From Candidatus Poribacteria bacterium (GTDB lineage Bacteria > Poribacteria > WGA-4E > WGA-3G): 64,000 nucleotides of DNA. The position numbers and the translations under genes were made by a program. Location: positions 1,687,371-1,751,370 of the forward strand of contig OY282386.1 of the NCBI GenBank assembly GCA_958295945.1. The letters run 5' to 3'. This document shows, one piece after another, positions 11,350-21,814 of the stretch (its first letter is position 1; each line of letters starts with the position of its first letter). The notes beneath the pieces are model-generated. The model was given only the letters and a program-made list of their open reading frames with translations. It searched no databases and had not been told where the DNA came from.

Positions 11350-12786
11350 ATGAAAAAACGAACTCATGTCAGTTGTATAATTATATTGTTTTGTATTTTA
11401 CAGAGTTTCGTCATAGATTCAACTTTCGGTCAAGACGACTCTTTGGTTGAAAAGGTCCTTGAGAATCACAAGGAAACCCTAAAACAGAAAAAAGTAAAAA
11501 ATGTTCTGCCGGATGCATTAAAAGAATTCAAGGAATCTGAAATTCATGCAGTTTTGATCCAGAAAGATCTAACCCAGTTGTTTGCGAACCCTGAAGATTT
11601 AGAGGAAATAACAGATGAAATAGATGAAGAATTCATAACATTACTCAAAGAAGATAACGGAGTTCAAGCAATATTTAATGATGCAGACTTCCTCAGTCTG
11701 ATGCAAGACAAAGATGCAATCGCAGAACTTGCAAGACTTATCAAAGCAGATTGGTTGGAATTTAGGATAAGAAATGTTCACATCCTGCCGCTTTTGTTAA
11801 TAGTCGTAGTGTGCCTTTTGGCACTGGGCAAAGGAGCAGATTGGCTTGTTGACGAGGCGGTGGTGTTATCTTCGCAGTGGGGGTTAGGCAAGGCTGTTAT
11901 CGGGGCAACGATTGTTAGTATTGGGACAACAACACCCGAAGCAGCGGTTTCCGTACTATCGGCTATACAAGGAGAACCGGGACTTGCTCTCGGCAATGCA
12001 GTCGGTTCAATTATCTGTGATACAGGACTGATTTTAGGGTTGGCTTCACTGATTGCCCCTTTATCGTTCAATAGAGAGTTAGCATCCCGTCTGTCCAATG
12101 TTCAGGTGAGTGCTGGAATTCTCTTGGTATTAGCCTGTTTTCCTTGGTCATCTCCAGTAAAAGTCTTTACTCAAGGCGGGACTCTCTATCAGGGCATAGG
12201 CATTGTTTTCGTTGTTCTGTTAGGACTCTATATATGGCAATCTATCCGATGGGCAGGTTCAATCACGTCTGAATCTGAAACTGTAACTGATGAAGAAACA
12301 GAACACAAAAGATCAAGCACGTTTGTCACCCTACTTAAACTTATCGGGTCAATTGCTATTGTTGTTGTCTCTGCACAAATCCTCATCCCAACAGTGAAGA
12401 CACTTGCAATAAGATTTAATGTTCCGGAGGAGATCGTTGCTGCAACGCTTGTTGCATTTGGCACATCGTTGCCGGAACTTGTAACAGCGATCACAGCAGT
12501 CAGACGCGGGCATGGTGAATTAGCAGTCGGCAACATAATCGGTGCAGATATTTTGAATGTGCTTTTTGTCGCGGGTGTATCAGCAGCTGCTACACCTAAC
12601 GGTCTACAAGCATCAGGCAAATTTTTCCAATTCCTATTTCCTGCAATGGTGATTATTCTGATCGTATTCCGAATTGGTGTCTTCGTTTCAGGAAGTCAAC
12701 TGAAACGTCCGTTTGGGGTTGTCCTAGTGGCAATTTATATTTTAGTGACAGTCCTAAGTTATATTTTTTCTGTAGATATGCATTAG
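11350..12786 (+). CDS. Calcium/sodium antiporter (CaCA, YrbG-like) with N-terminal signal peptide and acidic soluble extension
   Basis: Alpha-repeat motifs GTTTPE/GNAVGS and GTSLPE/GNIIGA; GGAGGA RBS. Confidence 0.9.
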   Translation: MKKRTHVSCIIILFCILQSFVIDSTFGQDDSLVEKVLENHKETLKQKKVKNVLPDALKEFKESEIHAVLIQKDLTQLFANPEDLEEITDEIDEEFITLLKEDNGVQAIFNDADFLSLMQDKDAIAELARLIKADWLEFRIRNVHILPLLLIVVVCLLALGKGADWLVDEAVVLSSQWGLGKAVIGATIVSIGTTTPEAAVSVLSAIQGEPGLALGNAVGSIICDTGLILGLASLIAPLSFNRELASRLSNVQVSAGILLVLACFPWSSPVKVFTQGGTLYQGIGIVFVVLLGLYIWQSIRWAGSITSESETVTDEETEHKRSSTFVTLLKLIGSIAIVVVSAQILIPTVKTLAIRFNVPEEIVAATLVAFGTSLPELVTAITAVRRGHGELAVGNIIGADILNVLFVAGVSAAATPNGLQASGKFFQFLFPAMVIILIVFRIGVFVSGSQLKRPFGVVLVAIYILVTVLSYIFSVDMH

Positions 12787-12787
12787 A

Positions 12788-12897
12788 CAGGACGGACGCA
12801 TTCCCCCCGCTTGCGGGGGGTTAGGGGGGTAAAATAGGCAGAAATTGGAGTTTTTAACCCCCTACCCCCCTTATCAAGGGGGAATGCGTCCGTCCTG
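12788..12897. mobile_element. MITE family E with 20-bp TIRs enclosing a CCCCC/GGGGG REP pair
   Basis: CAGGACGGACGCATTCCCCC ... GGGGGAATGCGTCCGTCCTG; related end TGCGTAAGTCCTG at ~21945-21957. Confidence 0.75.
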
Positions 12898-12989
12898 ACA
12901 ATATCGGAACAGCTTATCTTATGCCATTTCTATAAATAGACATTATGCCGATTTAATTGTCCAATGTTGCTTCATTCAAGGCGTGGCGT

Positions 12990-13054
12990 GTAGGGGCGAG
13001 GTTTCCTCGCCCGACTGGAATACCCGTGGACGGGCGGGGAAACCCCGCCCCTAC
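12990..13054. repeat. Inverted GTAG-family REP pair (REPIN-like)
   Basis: GTAGGGGCGAGGTTTCCTCGCCC ... GGGCGGGGAAACCCCGCCCCTAC. Confidence 0.85.
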
Positions 13055-13200
13055 GATGTTCACAAGGGACGCTGATTAATTCATTATCCTGGAAATCCTG
13101 GTTCAGCCATTTATTTTTTGTCTGATATTTTGATGTTTCAGCCTCTTATCTTATCCTGGAAATCTACTAATCCTGAAAATCCTGGTTCAGACAATACCAA

Positions 13201-13263
13201 AAACCCACAATTCTCACAAAAAAACCCACAATTCTCACAAAAAACCACACAATTCTCAAAAAA
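13201..13263. repeat. Three tandem 21-bp repeats upstream of a promoter
   Basis: AAACCCACAATTCTCACAAAA x2 plus one degenerate copy. Confidence 0.8.
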
Positions 13264-13287
13264 AATGCATTTTTTTGTAATTTTTTC

Positions 13288-13316
13288 TTGACTTATAACG
13301 TATATTTATATACAAT
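13288..13316 (+). promoter_or_regulatory. Candidate sigma70 promoter ~540 bp upstream of the surface-protein gene
   Basis: TTGACT-17 nt-TACAAT in an AT-rich context. Confidence 0.5.
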
Positions 13317-13859
13317 ATATCACATACTTCATGTTAAGACATTTAATAAGGGCAAACACATAGAAAATTAATTTGCTTAAGTTTGTAATTCGTGTTATCA
13401 TTATTATATGTTGAATATATGATTTCAATTTTCATAAAACAAACCGATACTTTATAAACAAAATAAAAGGTATTGGCAACTGAGGACACCAGAGAAAAAG
13501 ATATAATTTCTATAACGGAGTCCCGCTTAATTTTAAGACGATATAAGTTTAATTTGACATTATATTGATTTTCACTTATAATTAGTATACTAAACCTTGC
13601 AAACTGGCGCGAATTATTGGGATAGATAGAAAACATATTCGTAAATGCCACATGCAAGGACAAGCATCAATAACCCCGATGTAGGTAAAAATAGATGGAT
13701 AGATTAGGTGTGTTATTGATTGAGATAGGTAAACAGGTTCCCCTTGTTTAAACACAATATTAATACAAAATATTAATATTTACGATTGGAAAGATAGATT
13801 AACAGGATTTAATCCCTGAATCTTAACTTGAATTTAATATTTCTAAGGAGATTTTTATA

Positions 13860-16800
13860 ATGAGTTTATTCAATAAACTTACAATTTTCTCAATTTTAAT
13901 TTTAATGGCAGCGTTTGTTGCGTTGCCTGTGATGGCGCACCAATTACCAGCAGCACCAGCCAGTGCTACTCAAGCGGTGAAAGACGCTGTTGATGCACAC
14001 AATGAGAATCCTCATGATCCCGATGACACTGATGTTGCTGCAGATCATGCTTTGGTTAAGTCAGTTACGGTCAGTAGTATGTACCTAACACCCACAGCAC
14101 CGATTCAAGCAACTATTACATTAGCGGATGGTGTAGCAGCAATAGTAGATGATCCTGCTACTGCCGATGACAATGATGACGATGCTGGGAATGAAAACGA
14201 GGCAAGGCACGCGACATTAGCGAACACCGATCCGGATATCTTGCCTACTGGTATCAGCATACAAGTTGGAACAAAGCAAACAGATGGGACGTATACTTAT
14301 GCTGCTCCCACAACTGCCGCGAATGCCCCACAGGCAACAGCCGTTCTCAAAACTCTGACTGAAGGGTCAGGTGATACTGGGAGTGGAGCTGTCTACACTG
14401 TCTACATATCGGTTCCGGCAGATGCAACTGCAAGAGATGATGGTATGTATCGTATAAGTGTTACCACTGAGGCTGGAATTTATAATCCTGCTGATGTTAA
14501 TGCCACATTTCTGATGGATACTATTAAGCCAACAGTGAAGGATGTTATGGTCAGACCCATTGGTGAGGATTATGCAAACTTAGATGGTGAATGGTCTGAC
14601 CCCTTTGAGATTACCTTTATGTTAGAAGATCCTTTGGACACAGATGACTCAGACGAACCTATAGCAAATACGGCTTCTGGGTTAAAGCTCAGCACACTTA
14701 TGTTTGTTGCCACTGATGAAGATAACGAAGTTGTAACGGACGAAGTAATGTTTGGTGCTGCAAGTTTCATTGGTAATGGTCAGTATGTTGTCAAAGTTAC
14801 ACCAGTAACTGCTACAGCGGTTAAACCTAAAGCGACAGTCAAAGTCACCGTAAAAGTTATGGATATGGCTGGTAACGAAGGAATAAGTACGGATATGCTT
14901 GAGCCCGACGGAATGAGTAGGGATCCGCTTGAGGTTAAGTTGGCACAAAGAGCAGCTACTGGAACCGGCACCGGTACTAGTGATATGGGTGTGCCTACTG
15001 TAACGATAACAGATGCAGCTGGGACAGATGCTAATGTTGGTAAAGTGATATTCACATTTAAATTCAGTGAGGCACTTATAACAACCGGTGAAAACGCTTT
15101 TACCGTTGCCGATCTGGATGTTAGCAACTCGCCAACCTTAGTCGCAGCAAACTTGATGACAACTGATAATATTACCTATACGCTAACGATCACGCCTACC
15201 AATGATAAATTTCCTGTGAAAGTTTCGTTTAAATCTACAGCGAAAATAGCAGATCCATCAGATAATTTAATGGAAACCGGCACAAATGGGTTGGGAGCAA
15301 CTGGCACATATACCCCGCCAGGTGTGTTAGGTGTGGAAATTGATGCACCCGAGAATCTTGACTTGGGGGTGTTGACGTTTACATTTACTTTCGCTGAAGC
15401 ACCATCTGAAAAGGAAGGTGATGCTGGGCAATTTACGGTAAGTGATATTCGAGTGAGCAACGCAGAACCGTTGGTTGCGGCTAATCTCGCCCAGCAACTA
15501 AAAAGTGATGATGATGATGATGATGAAGTTGTCTATGAGTTAGATGTCACACCTACGGATGCAACAAAACCTGTGACAGTGCAACTCAAAGCCCGTTCAG
15601 TATCGAATGGTGGACCCACAGAAGAAGATGCTGATAAATCTTTACTTATTGCTGGAGAGATTAGTTCTACATGGACACCCCCAGTAGTTACTCCGGAAAC
15701 GCCTCCAGATACTATTATGATTCCCGCAAACAGCTACGTTGTTGTTGTCCGAGATAAAGACGCAGCATCTGGCATCGGTGGATTAGCATTCCGTAGTGAT
15801 GTTACGGTGAGAGAATGGCCAGAGATGCCGGATTTAGAACGTCTTTTCTATACAGGTAATGACGGTATTATCCTCGGAGGAGGCGGTGGTGGTGCGCTCA
15901 TCTTAAAAGAGTCTGATACACAATCACCTGATTTAGTACCTGGCACAGTCGGGATTAGCGAAATTATGTGGGCGATTGATGCCAACTACTTAGGTAATAC
16001 GAATCTAAATGCGTATGCAGGTTCACAGTGGATTGAACTCCACAACTTAAATACCACTTCAGTGAATGTCATGCTGTCTTGGAAAACGGGCCGTGCTATT
16101 ACCAGTGATGGAAGCATCATAGGTAACCTTGCAAACCCGGTTCTTGATGTTGTTACAAACTTCTTCCATGATCGTCCAGGAAATTCGCGTTGGGAAGTGT
16201 ATGGTTCTAACGGTGCCAGTATTGAAGGCATTGACTTCGTCTCTATGGCCCGTAATGGCACGTTTAATCTGAACCGTAGAACCGCAAACAAAGCTGATAA
16301 ACCTCTCAACGGTAGATACACAAGAACAGGTGGAAGTGAGCACAGTCGTGACGGCAGAAACAAAGATCATTGGGCGGTATCTACAGCTGCGTATTTAAGT
16401 AAACGCACAGTCCGAGCCGATGGTAATGATGTTCTCTATAAGTATGTCGGTACACCAGGCCGTGCAAATACATTTAGCGCAGAGAGCCAGCAACATATCA
16501 GAGCGACCCGGCGAAATGTTCCGGCAAGCCCGGTTATCATCAATGAGGTTGCAAACCGACTGAATTCAAGTAAAAGTTATGAATGGATTGAATTACGCAA
16601 TGTTACGGATAGTGAAGTTAACTTACGGAATTACCTTATTTCCATCGTAACTTCTAATAGCAGTGATGCTGTGTTTTATCAGTTCCCAGCGAATGATAAC
16701 GCAAAGATTGCACCACAAGGTGTTCTGCTCTTAGTCGCTTCCGATCCGAAAGGCAACTCAAATCATCCGTTGGCAGTCGGTTGGAATGTTGATATCATTG

Positions 16801-18542
16801 CTGAAGGTGATCAAGCACGTGGTTTGGCTGAAATCGGTATTCATGCTACTTCCAAACACGGACGTTATAAGGTCGCTGATCCCACAGCACCCAACAGACC
16901 CGGAATGTTTGGTGGTGATCAACCAGGCTTGCCTGACGATGGAAAGTTTGTGTTGATTCTGCGTAGCCCGGACAACCATGAAGGACACCGTTCTGGCCAA
17001 GATGGCGGCAAAGGTGTTGCTGAAACAGGCAAAGATGACCTTAATAGAGTCGTTGATATTGCTGGATGGGATGAGGGTTTGGCTAAAAACTCATATCCGA
17101 ATGCCGTTTCTTCTACCAGTCTTTGGCCCCTCCATGCAATGGGTGGTCCTTTCAGTCATAACAGACTTGAGGCAGGTGCTTCAGGTGCAGTTCACGTTCG
17201 TCGACATCCTACGACAAATGATGGACGCGCAGGTACTGGTGGAGCCGAAAACAAGAACGAGGCCGGTAAAGCTGCGTTTGCACGTAATGTAGGTTATACG
17301 GGTATCGGTTACAGACGTCAAGCGGCTGATAGTGGTGTGCACGGTGGTGATCCTGGTTATTACAGTATGACGAAAAATAGCGCACACGCTAACGACGGTG
17401 GTCCCCGAGTCTATATTAGTGAAATTATGTTGACACAGGGCATTGGACGTAGTTCTGGTTTGCCTCAGTGGATTGAGCTTTACAATGCCTCTGATTACGC
17501 TGTGAACCTTGCTGGTGGTGATGGTGTTGGTTGGAGACTCGTGATTGAAACTCCGAATGATCCTATCCGAACCATTAACTTTAGAAATAAAGGGAATGTT
17601 AAGACCATTAACCCGAAGCAAACAGTGTTGATCGTTTCTGCGGCAGCTCGGAGTATCGGCAGTGATATTTTATCTGCGAGCACTGTATTTCCAGACACCC
17701 GTGTGTTTAATGTCTATAAAGAATTGAAAAGTCATTTTGAGATGACAAATAGAACTTCCGCGTTCGTGAATCCTAAGGCATTCAACATCAGATTATATGA
17801 TGGTGGGAAAAAGGTTAATAACGTTGTCACCTATACTATGTCGGATGAAATCGGCAATCTTGACGGTAATGCCCGAACGAGTGATATGAATACATGGGAT
17901 TACCCTAAGAGTATTGCGGAGGATGGATTCCGGACATCGCTCGTGCGTGTCTTTGATAATGGTATGGCACGTTCGGCTCTAAGCATTGACGAAAGTGATG
18001 TGCTACCGTTGGGTGCTAAAAAGATGGATGCTACCGTTAATCTGAAAAATCACGAGATTCCTGCAAAATATGCTTGGATCCGTGCTTCACAGGCAAACTT
18101 TATCGGTGGTCGTTATATTCGTCATACATGGTATGGTCATGAAAGAGACTACGGTACACCCGCTAATCGCTTGGCTCAAATATTACCTGTCAGATTGTCA
18201 TTCTTCCGTCCGACTCTTGAAGATGGTAAAGTTGTTATCCGTTGGACTACCGAATCTGAACTCGACAACGCTGGATTCAATATCCTCCGTAGTCAAGACC
18301 GTAATGGTGAGTTCACAAAGGTCAACGACCAGTTGATCCAAGGTAAAGGTACCACAGCGGAACGTAGTAATTATAAATGGGTAGATACTTCAGCCAAACC
18401 GGGTGCAGTATACTACTATCAAATTGAGGACGTATCCTTCGCTGGTGAGCGTCAAACGCTTACGACCACTAAGATGAAAGGCTTAATTTCTGCTAAAGAT
18501 AAGCTGACAACGAAGTGGGGCGAATTGAAAGAGGTACAATAG
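13860..18542 (+). CDS. Large secreted protein: Ig-like repeats, three lamin-tail-like domains, LPVxL-type C-terminal beta domain and KLTTKWGELK tail
   Basis: Signal peptide; ISEIM...QWIELHN, INEV...EWIELRN, ISEIM...QWIELYN; LPVRLSFF...WTTESELDNAGFNILRS; AAGGAG RBS. Confidence 0.88.
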   Translation: MSLFNKLTIFSILILMAAFVALPVMAHQLPAAPASATQAVKDAVDAHNENPHDPDDTDVAADHALVKSVTVSSMYLTPTAPIQATITLADGVAAIVDDPATADDNDDDAGNENEARHATLANTDPDILPTGISIQVGTKQTDGTYTYAAPTTAANAPQATAVLKTLTEGSGDTGSGAVYTVYISVPADATARDDGMYRISVTTEAGIYNPADVNATFLMDTIKPTVKDVMVRPIGEDYANLDGEWSDPFEITFMLEDPLDTDDSDEPIANTASGLKLSTLMFVATDEDNEVVTDEVMFGAASFIGNGQYVVKVTPVTATAVKPKATVKVTVKVMDMAGNEGISTDMLEPDGMSRDPLEVKLAQRAATGTGTGTSDMGVPTVTITDAAGTDANVGKVIFTFKFSEALITTGENAFTVADLDVSNSPTLVAANLMTTDNITYTLTITPTNDKFPVKVSFKSTAKIADPSDNLMETGTNGLGATGTYTPPGVLGVEIDAPENLDLGVLTFTFTFAEAPSEKEGDAGQFTVSDIRVSNAEPLVAANLAQQLKSDDDDDDEVVYELDVTPTDATKPVTVQLKARSVSNGGPTEEDADKSLLIAGEISSTWTPPVVTPETPPDTIMIPANSYVVVVRDKDAASGIGGLAFRSDVTVREWPEMPDLERLFYTGNDGIILGGGGGGALILKESDTQSPDLVPGTVGISEIMWAIDANYLGNTNLNAYAGSQWIELHNLNTTSVNVMLSWKTGRAITSDGSIIGNLANPVLDVVTNFFHDRPGNSRWEVYGSNGASIEGIDFVSMARNGTFNLNRRTANKADKPLNGRYTRTGGSEHSRDGRNKDHWAVSTAAYLSKRTVRADGNDVLYKYVGTPGRANTFSAESQQHIRATRRNVPASPVIINEVANRLNSSKSYEWIELRNVTDSEVNLRNYLISIVTSNSSDAVFYQFPANDNAKIAPQGVLLLVASDPKGNSNHPLAVGWNVDIIAEGDQARGLAEIGIHATSKHGRYKVADPTAPNRPGMFGGDQPGLPDDGKFVLILRSPDNHEGHRSGQDGGKGVAETGKDDLNRVVDIAGWDEGLAKNSYPNAVSSTSLWPLHAMGGPFSHNRLEAGASGAVHVRRHPTTNDGRAGTGGAENKNEAGKAAFARNVGYTGIGYRRQAADSGVHGGDPGYYSMTKNSAHANDGGPRVYISEIMLTQGIGRSSGLPQWIELYNASDYAVNLAGGDGVGWRLVIETPNDPIRTINFRNKGNVKTINPKQTVLIVSAAARSIGSDILSASTVFPDTRVFNVYKELKSHFEMTNRTSAFVNPKAFNIRLYDGGKKVNNVVTYTMSDEIGNLDGNARTSDMNTWDYPKSIAEDGFRTSLVRVFDNGMARSALSIDESDVLPLGAKKMDATVNLKNHEIPAKYAWIRASQANFIGGRYIRHTWYGHERDYGTPANRLAQILPVRLSFFRPTLEDGKVVIRWTTESELDNAGFNILRSQDRNGEFTKVNDQLIQGKGTTAERSNYKWVDTSAKPGAVYYYQIEDVSFAGERQTLTTTKMKGLISAKDKLTTKWGELKEVQ

Positions 18543-18716
18543 GGTTAAATTCAGGGATATTTAACCAGTTCTCCTAACAATAAGGAATCTGCAGAAACCT
18601 TATTGGAGAGAATTTTCTAAAATACACCCATTATAGGAAACTATTGTTCTTTCCCGATGCAATAGTTTCCTAATTGGGCTAAGTTTAACTGACCTAACCT
18701 ATCCAACTAACCTATC

Positions 18717-18762
18717 AAAATAGAGACTTGCATCCCCTGCAAGTCTCTATTTTATTTTTTTT
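18717..18762 (+). terminator. Intrinsic terminator
   Basis: AAAATAGAGACTTGCA-TCCCC-TGCAAGTCTCTATTTT followed by poly-T. Confidence 0.9.
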
Positions 18763-18853
18763 CGCGAATCCAGGGCCGGTAGGTTCGGTTAGGAAACCGC
18801 ATGGACCACTATGAATCGGGTTAATTGGTATTAGAAACGTCAAACTCACAATC

Positions 18854-18968
18854 CTGAAACATCAAAATCTCATCCAAAAAATAAACTGCAACTTGGGAAT
18901 ATGAACTTTGGAGAGCCACACTCACAATCCTGGAAATCTACTAATCCTGAAAATCCTGGTTCAGACAA
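18854..18968. repeat. Dispersed ~113-bp repeat
   Basis: Near-identical to ~48498-48610. Confidence 0.85.
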
Positions 18969-19004
18969 TACCAAAACCCACTATAAAACTGCAGTCATTC
19001 TTTC

Positions 19005-19084
19005 GTAGGTCGGGTAGAGGCACGAAACCCGACAGGATAGACCTAATCAACACGTGTCGGGTTTCGTGCCTCTACCCGACCTAC
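19005..19084. repeat. Perfect inverted GTAG-family REP pair overlapping the thrC-like 3' end
   Basis: GTAGGTCGGGTAGAGGCACGAAACCCGAC at 19005-19033 and its exact reverse complement at 19056-19084. Confidence 0.92.
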
Positions 19085-20185
19085 AAGATTAGACTTCAAC
19101 CCACTACCCGTAAGAATAGAAACCGTAACATCATCATCTTGGATAACACCGTCATGTCGAAACTTCTCATAACCATTAATCACAACAGCGGAGGTCGGTT
19201 CAACATAAATACCTTGTTCAGCAAGCGTCCTCGTCCCAGCAAGGATGTCAGCATTATCCACAGTCGCAAATGCCCCGTCAGAGAAACGGATAGCATCCAG
19301 AAGCATCTCACTACGGACAGGAAGTTCAGCGGTAATACCTTCCGCAAACGTCTGAGCGGTTTGAGGCATTCTTGAGATAGTAGCAGTCTTATCTCGGTAG
19401 GCGTTGTAGATAGGGCAACAGGTAGCAGGTTGAACCCCAAGCAGACGCGGAACACGATCAATCACACCCGCATCATAAAGTTCAGAAAAACCGAGGTATA
19501 AACCAAGATAGATGCTACCAAATCCCACAGGACAGATAATATGCTGTGGCAAAGAGTCACCAAATTGTTCAGTGATTTCAAAAGCGAGAGTCTTCGTGCC
19601 TTCTAAGAAGAAAGGATTCCAATTGTGAGAAGCATAGCAGGTGTTATCAGCAGCGAGTTGAACTGCCTCCGTAGTTGCCGCCCGATTTCCCTGCACCAGT
19701 TTTAACGAAGCACCGTAAGCAGAAATCTGTTTCAACTTACCTTCTGAAGTGGAGTCAGGACAGTAGATCGTGCAGTGAATACCTGCCCGCGCGCTATACG
19801 CAGCGATGGCAGCACCCGCATTACCAGAAGAGTCCTCTACCACCGCATCAACTCCCATCGCCTTCAGATGTGTCAACAACACGGAGGCACCACGGTCTTT
19901 ATACGACCCAGTTGGACAGAGGTAGTCTAATTTTACGAAGTGTTTCGGGTTCTCTATAGGATATAAAGGAACAATAGGCGTTATCCCTTCCCCAAGCGTA
20001 ACGATGTCTGCGTCTGCGGGAATAGGTAATGCATCACGATAACGCCAGAGGGATGGCGTTGAATCGTCCCATTGATATGAATAGGATGTGTCTTTATTGA
20101 GCGTTAGCGGCGAACCGCAATCACATTTATAACGTAAAGGAGAGATGATGTAGGCAATGTTACATGTCCCACATAAGTATTGCAT
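19043..20185 (-). CDS. thrC: Threonine synthase-like PLP enzyme (fold type II)
   Basis: LGEGITP, PTGSYKDRG (PLP lysine), DSSGNAG, VEPTSA, ILTGSGLK; N-terminal Cys pairs. Confidence 0.85.
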   Translation of the reverse strand: MQYLCGTCNIAYIISPLRYKCDCGSPLTLNKDTSYSYQWDDSTPSLWRYRDALPIPADADIVTLGEGITPIVPLYPIENPKHFVKLDYLCPTGSYKDRGASVLLTHLKAMGVDAVVEDSSGNAGAAIAAYSARAGIHCTIYCPDSTSEGKLKQISAYGASLKLVQGNRAATTEAVQLAADNTCYASHNWNPFFLEGTKTLAFEITEQFGDSLPQHIICPVGFGSIYLGLYLGFSELYDAGVIDRVPRLLGVQPATCCPIYNAYRDKTATISRMPQTAQTFAEGITAELPVRSEMLLDAIRFSDGAFATVDNADILAGTRTLAEQGIYVEPTSAVVINGYEKFRHDGVIQDDDVTVSILTGSGLKSNLVGRVEARNPTRVD

Positions 20186-20665
20186 ATTATGTAGCGCAAT
20201 CTGCCAGATTGCATATTATGTAGCGCAATCTGCCAGATTGCGTAGCACCTTCTTTAGTCCCGTAGGTCGGGTAGAGGTACGAAACCCGACATGATAGCCC
20301 CTCTTATTTTATAGGTAAATATCGCGATTCGGAGATCGCTCCTACCGGCTGCCCACTCATTGTGGTAAATATCGCGATTCGGAGATCGCTCCTACCGGCT
20401 GCCCACAAAACCTAATACCATTTCTATAAATGTTTATCCCATTAACATTTGTTAAGAATGTCTTGAAGGACAGCACAAACTGGCAGTTTGTGGTACAATA
20501 ATGGGGCGTTTTCTATTAGAAATGGTATTATGTAGCGCAATCTGCCAGATTGCGTAGCACCTTCTTTAGTCCCGTAGGGACGATATGTTTATAGCTAAAC
20601 TTATCCCCCTTGATAAGGTCAGACGTCCTTATCCCCCTTGATAAGGGGGGTAGGGGGGTTAAGCC
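20186..20665. repeat. Mosaic of REP families with a 53-bp direct repeat and a MITE A copy (20416-20527)
   Basis: GTAGCGCAATCTGCCAGATTGC x3; TCGCGATTCGGAGATCGCTCCTAC x2; 20214-20266 identical to 20526-20578; CCCCCTTGATAAGG x2. Confidence 0.88.
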
Positions 20666-20676
20666 CGAATTTTTTC

Positions 20677-21537
20677 TTAACCCTTATAGGCATAAGCACG
20701 GTGTTGAATCCGTAAATCAAAATTATCATCTGGATCCCACGTCAACATATCGGAGGGCACTTCGTAAGCGAACTGTTCGGTGTCCGAGGAATATGGCTTA
20801 GTCCTGCGTTCATGCAATGCACGTTGATACATTTTGCAACGTTGTGTCAAAAACTCAGTCTGCCACCACTTGTAATGCGTGTTCCATCTCGGTGTCCGCT
20901 GGTCAAAATATATGACCCTGCGAAGTGTGTCACTCTCGTTGATTTTACTGCCATGTAAGACTTTCGTATGGTGCAGCAGAATATCACCAGGTGCCACTTC
21001 AGCAGGCACAGCATCCGGACGATCAAAATTCGCCACACCTTTATCAATCTGTTCCTGTGCTTCTTCAATTCCCCAAAGATGACTTTTCGGTATCACCCAG
21101 ACACAACCGTTGTCCACTGTAGAATGATCAATATAAATGTCAACGTTGAAAATCGGATGATTCTCTCTGATAGCGTTGCCATCACGGTGCCATCGGACTG
21201 AAGATCCGTGTTTCGGTAACTTGAAGACAAGCGATTCGTAGCACGGAATAAAATCGGGACCGATAATACGGTGCAGTAAGTCTCCAATGAAAGGATGACC
21301 AAGCAACCGTAGAGAAAACTCGTTCGGATGTGAATGTAGATAGGTAAGATAGTAAGGAGTCCCTTCAGGACCCCGCATGCACCATGCGTCTGCAGGACCA
21401 CCATCTAAAATCTCATCAATCAGCCGTTGACTTTCACCCTGTATAACAGCAAGTTCATCTGGGTGGATGACCTGTTTAAGAATTAGATATCCGTTATCAT
21501 TGAAAAATTGTATTTCGTCATCAGTAATTTTTTGCAT
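20677..21537 (-). CDS. Phytanoyl-CoA dioxygenase (PhyH) family Fe/2OG oxygenase
   Basis: FFNDNGYLIL, WHRD (HxD), DNGCVWVIPKSH, GDILLH..LHGS..N...RR. Confidence 0.92.
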   Translation of the reverse strand: MQKITDDEIQFFNDNGYLILKQVIHPDELAVIQGESQRLIDEILDGGPADAWCMRGPEGTPYYLTYLHSHPNEFSLRLLGHPFIGDLLHRIIGPDFIPCYESLVFKLPKHGSSVRWHRDGNAIRENHPIFNVDIYIDHSTVDNGCVWVIPKSHLWGIEEAQEQIDKGVANFDRPDAVPAEVAPGDILLHHTKVLHGSKINESDTLRRVIYFDQRTPRWNTHYKWWQTEFLTQRCKMYQRALHERRTKPYSSDTEQFAYEVPSDMLTWDPDDNFDLRIQHRAYAYKG

Positions 21538-21592
21538 AGAATTAAGTGCCTTATCAATTGAGTTTATATAACGTGAGTTTGATAAATAGTTA

Positions 21593-21812
21593 TACCATTT
21601 CTAATAGAAAACGCCGCATTTTTGTACCACAAACTGCCAGTTTGTGCAGTCCTTCAATTGTACCACAAACTGCCAGTTTGTGCAGTCCTTCAATTGTACC
21701 ACAAACTGCCAGTTTGTGCAGTCCTTCAATTGTACCACAAACTGCCAGTTTGTGCAGTCCTTCAAGACATTCTTAACAAATGCTAATGGGATAAACATTT
21801 ATAGAAATGGTA
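21593..21812. mobile_element. MITE family A with internal 4 x 36-bp tandem expansion (21622-21765)
   Basis: Both TIRs present; TTGTACCACAAACTGCCAGTTTGTGCAGTCCTTCAA x4. Confidence 0.9.
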
Positions 21813-21814
21813 TT

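Noticed and set aside
10856..11450. Three overlapping repetitive ORFs
   Set aside because: Artefacts of a stop-free 28-bp tandem repeat open in all three frames; no RBS
18908..19375. 155-aa plus-strand ORF
   Set aside because: Composed of dispersed repeats and thrC antisense sequence
21622..21765. CRISPR array of 36-bp repeats and small ORFs over it
   Set aside because: No spacers; it is an amplified internal segment of MITE A
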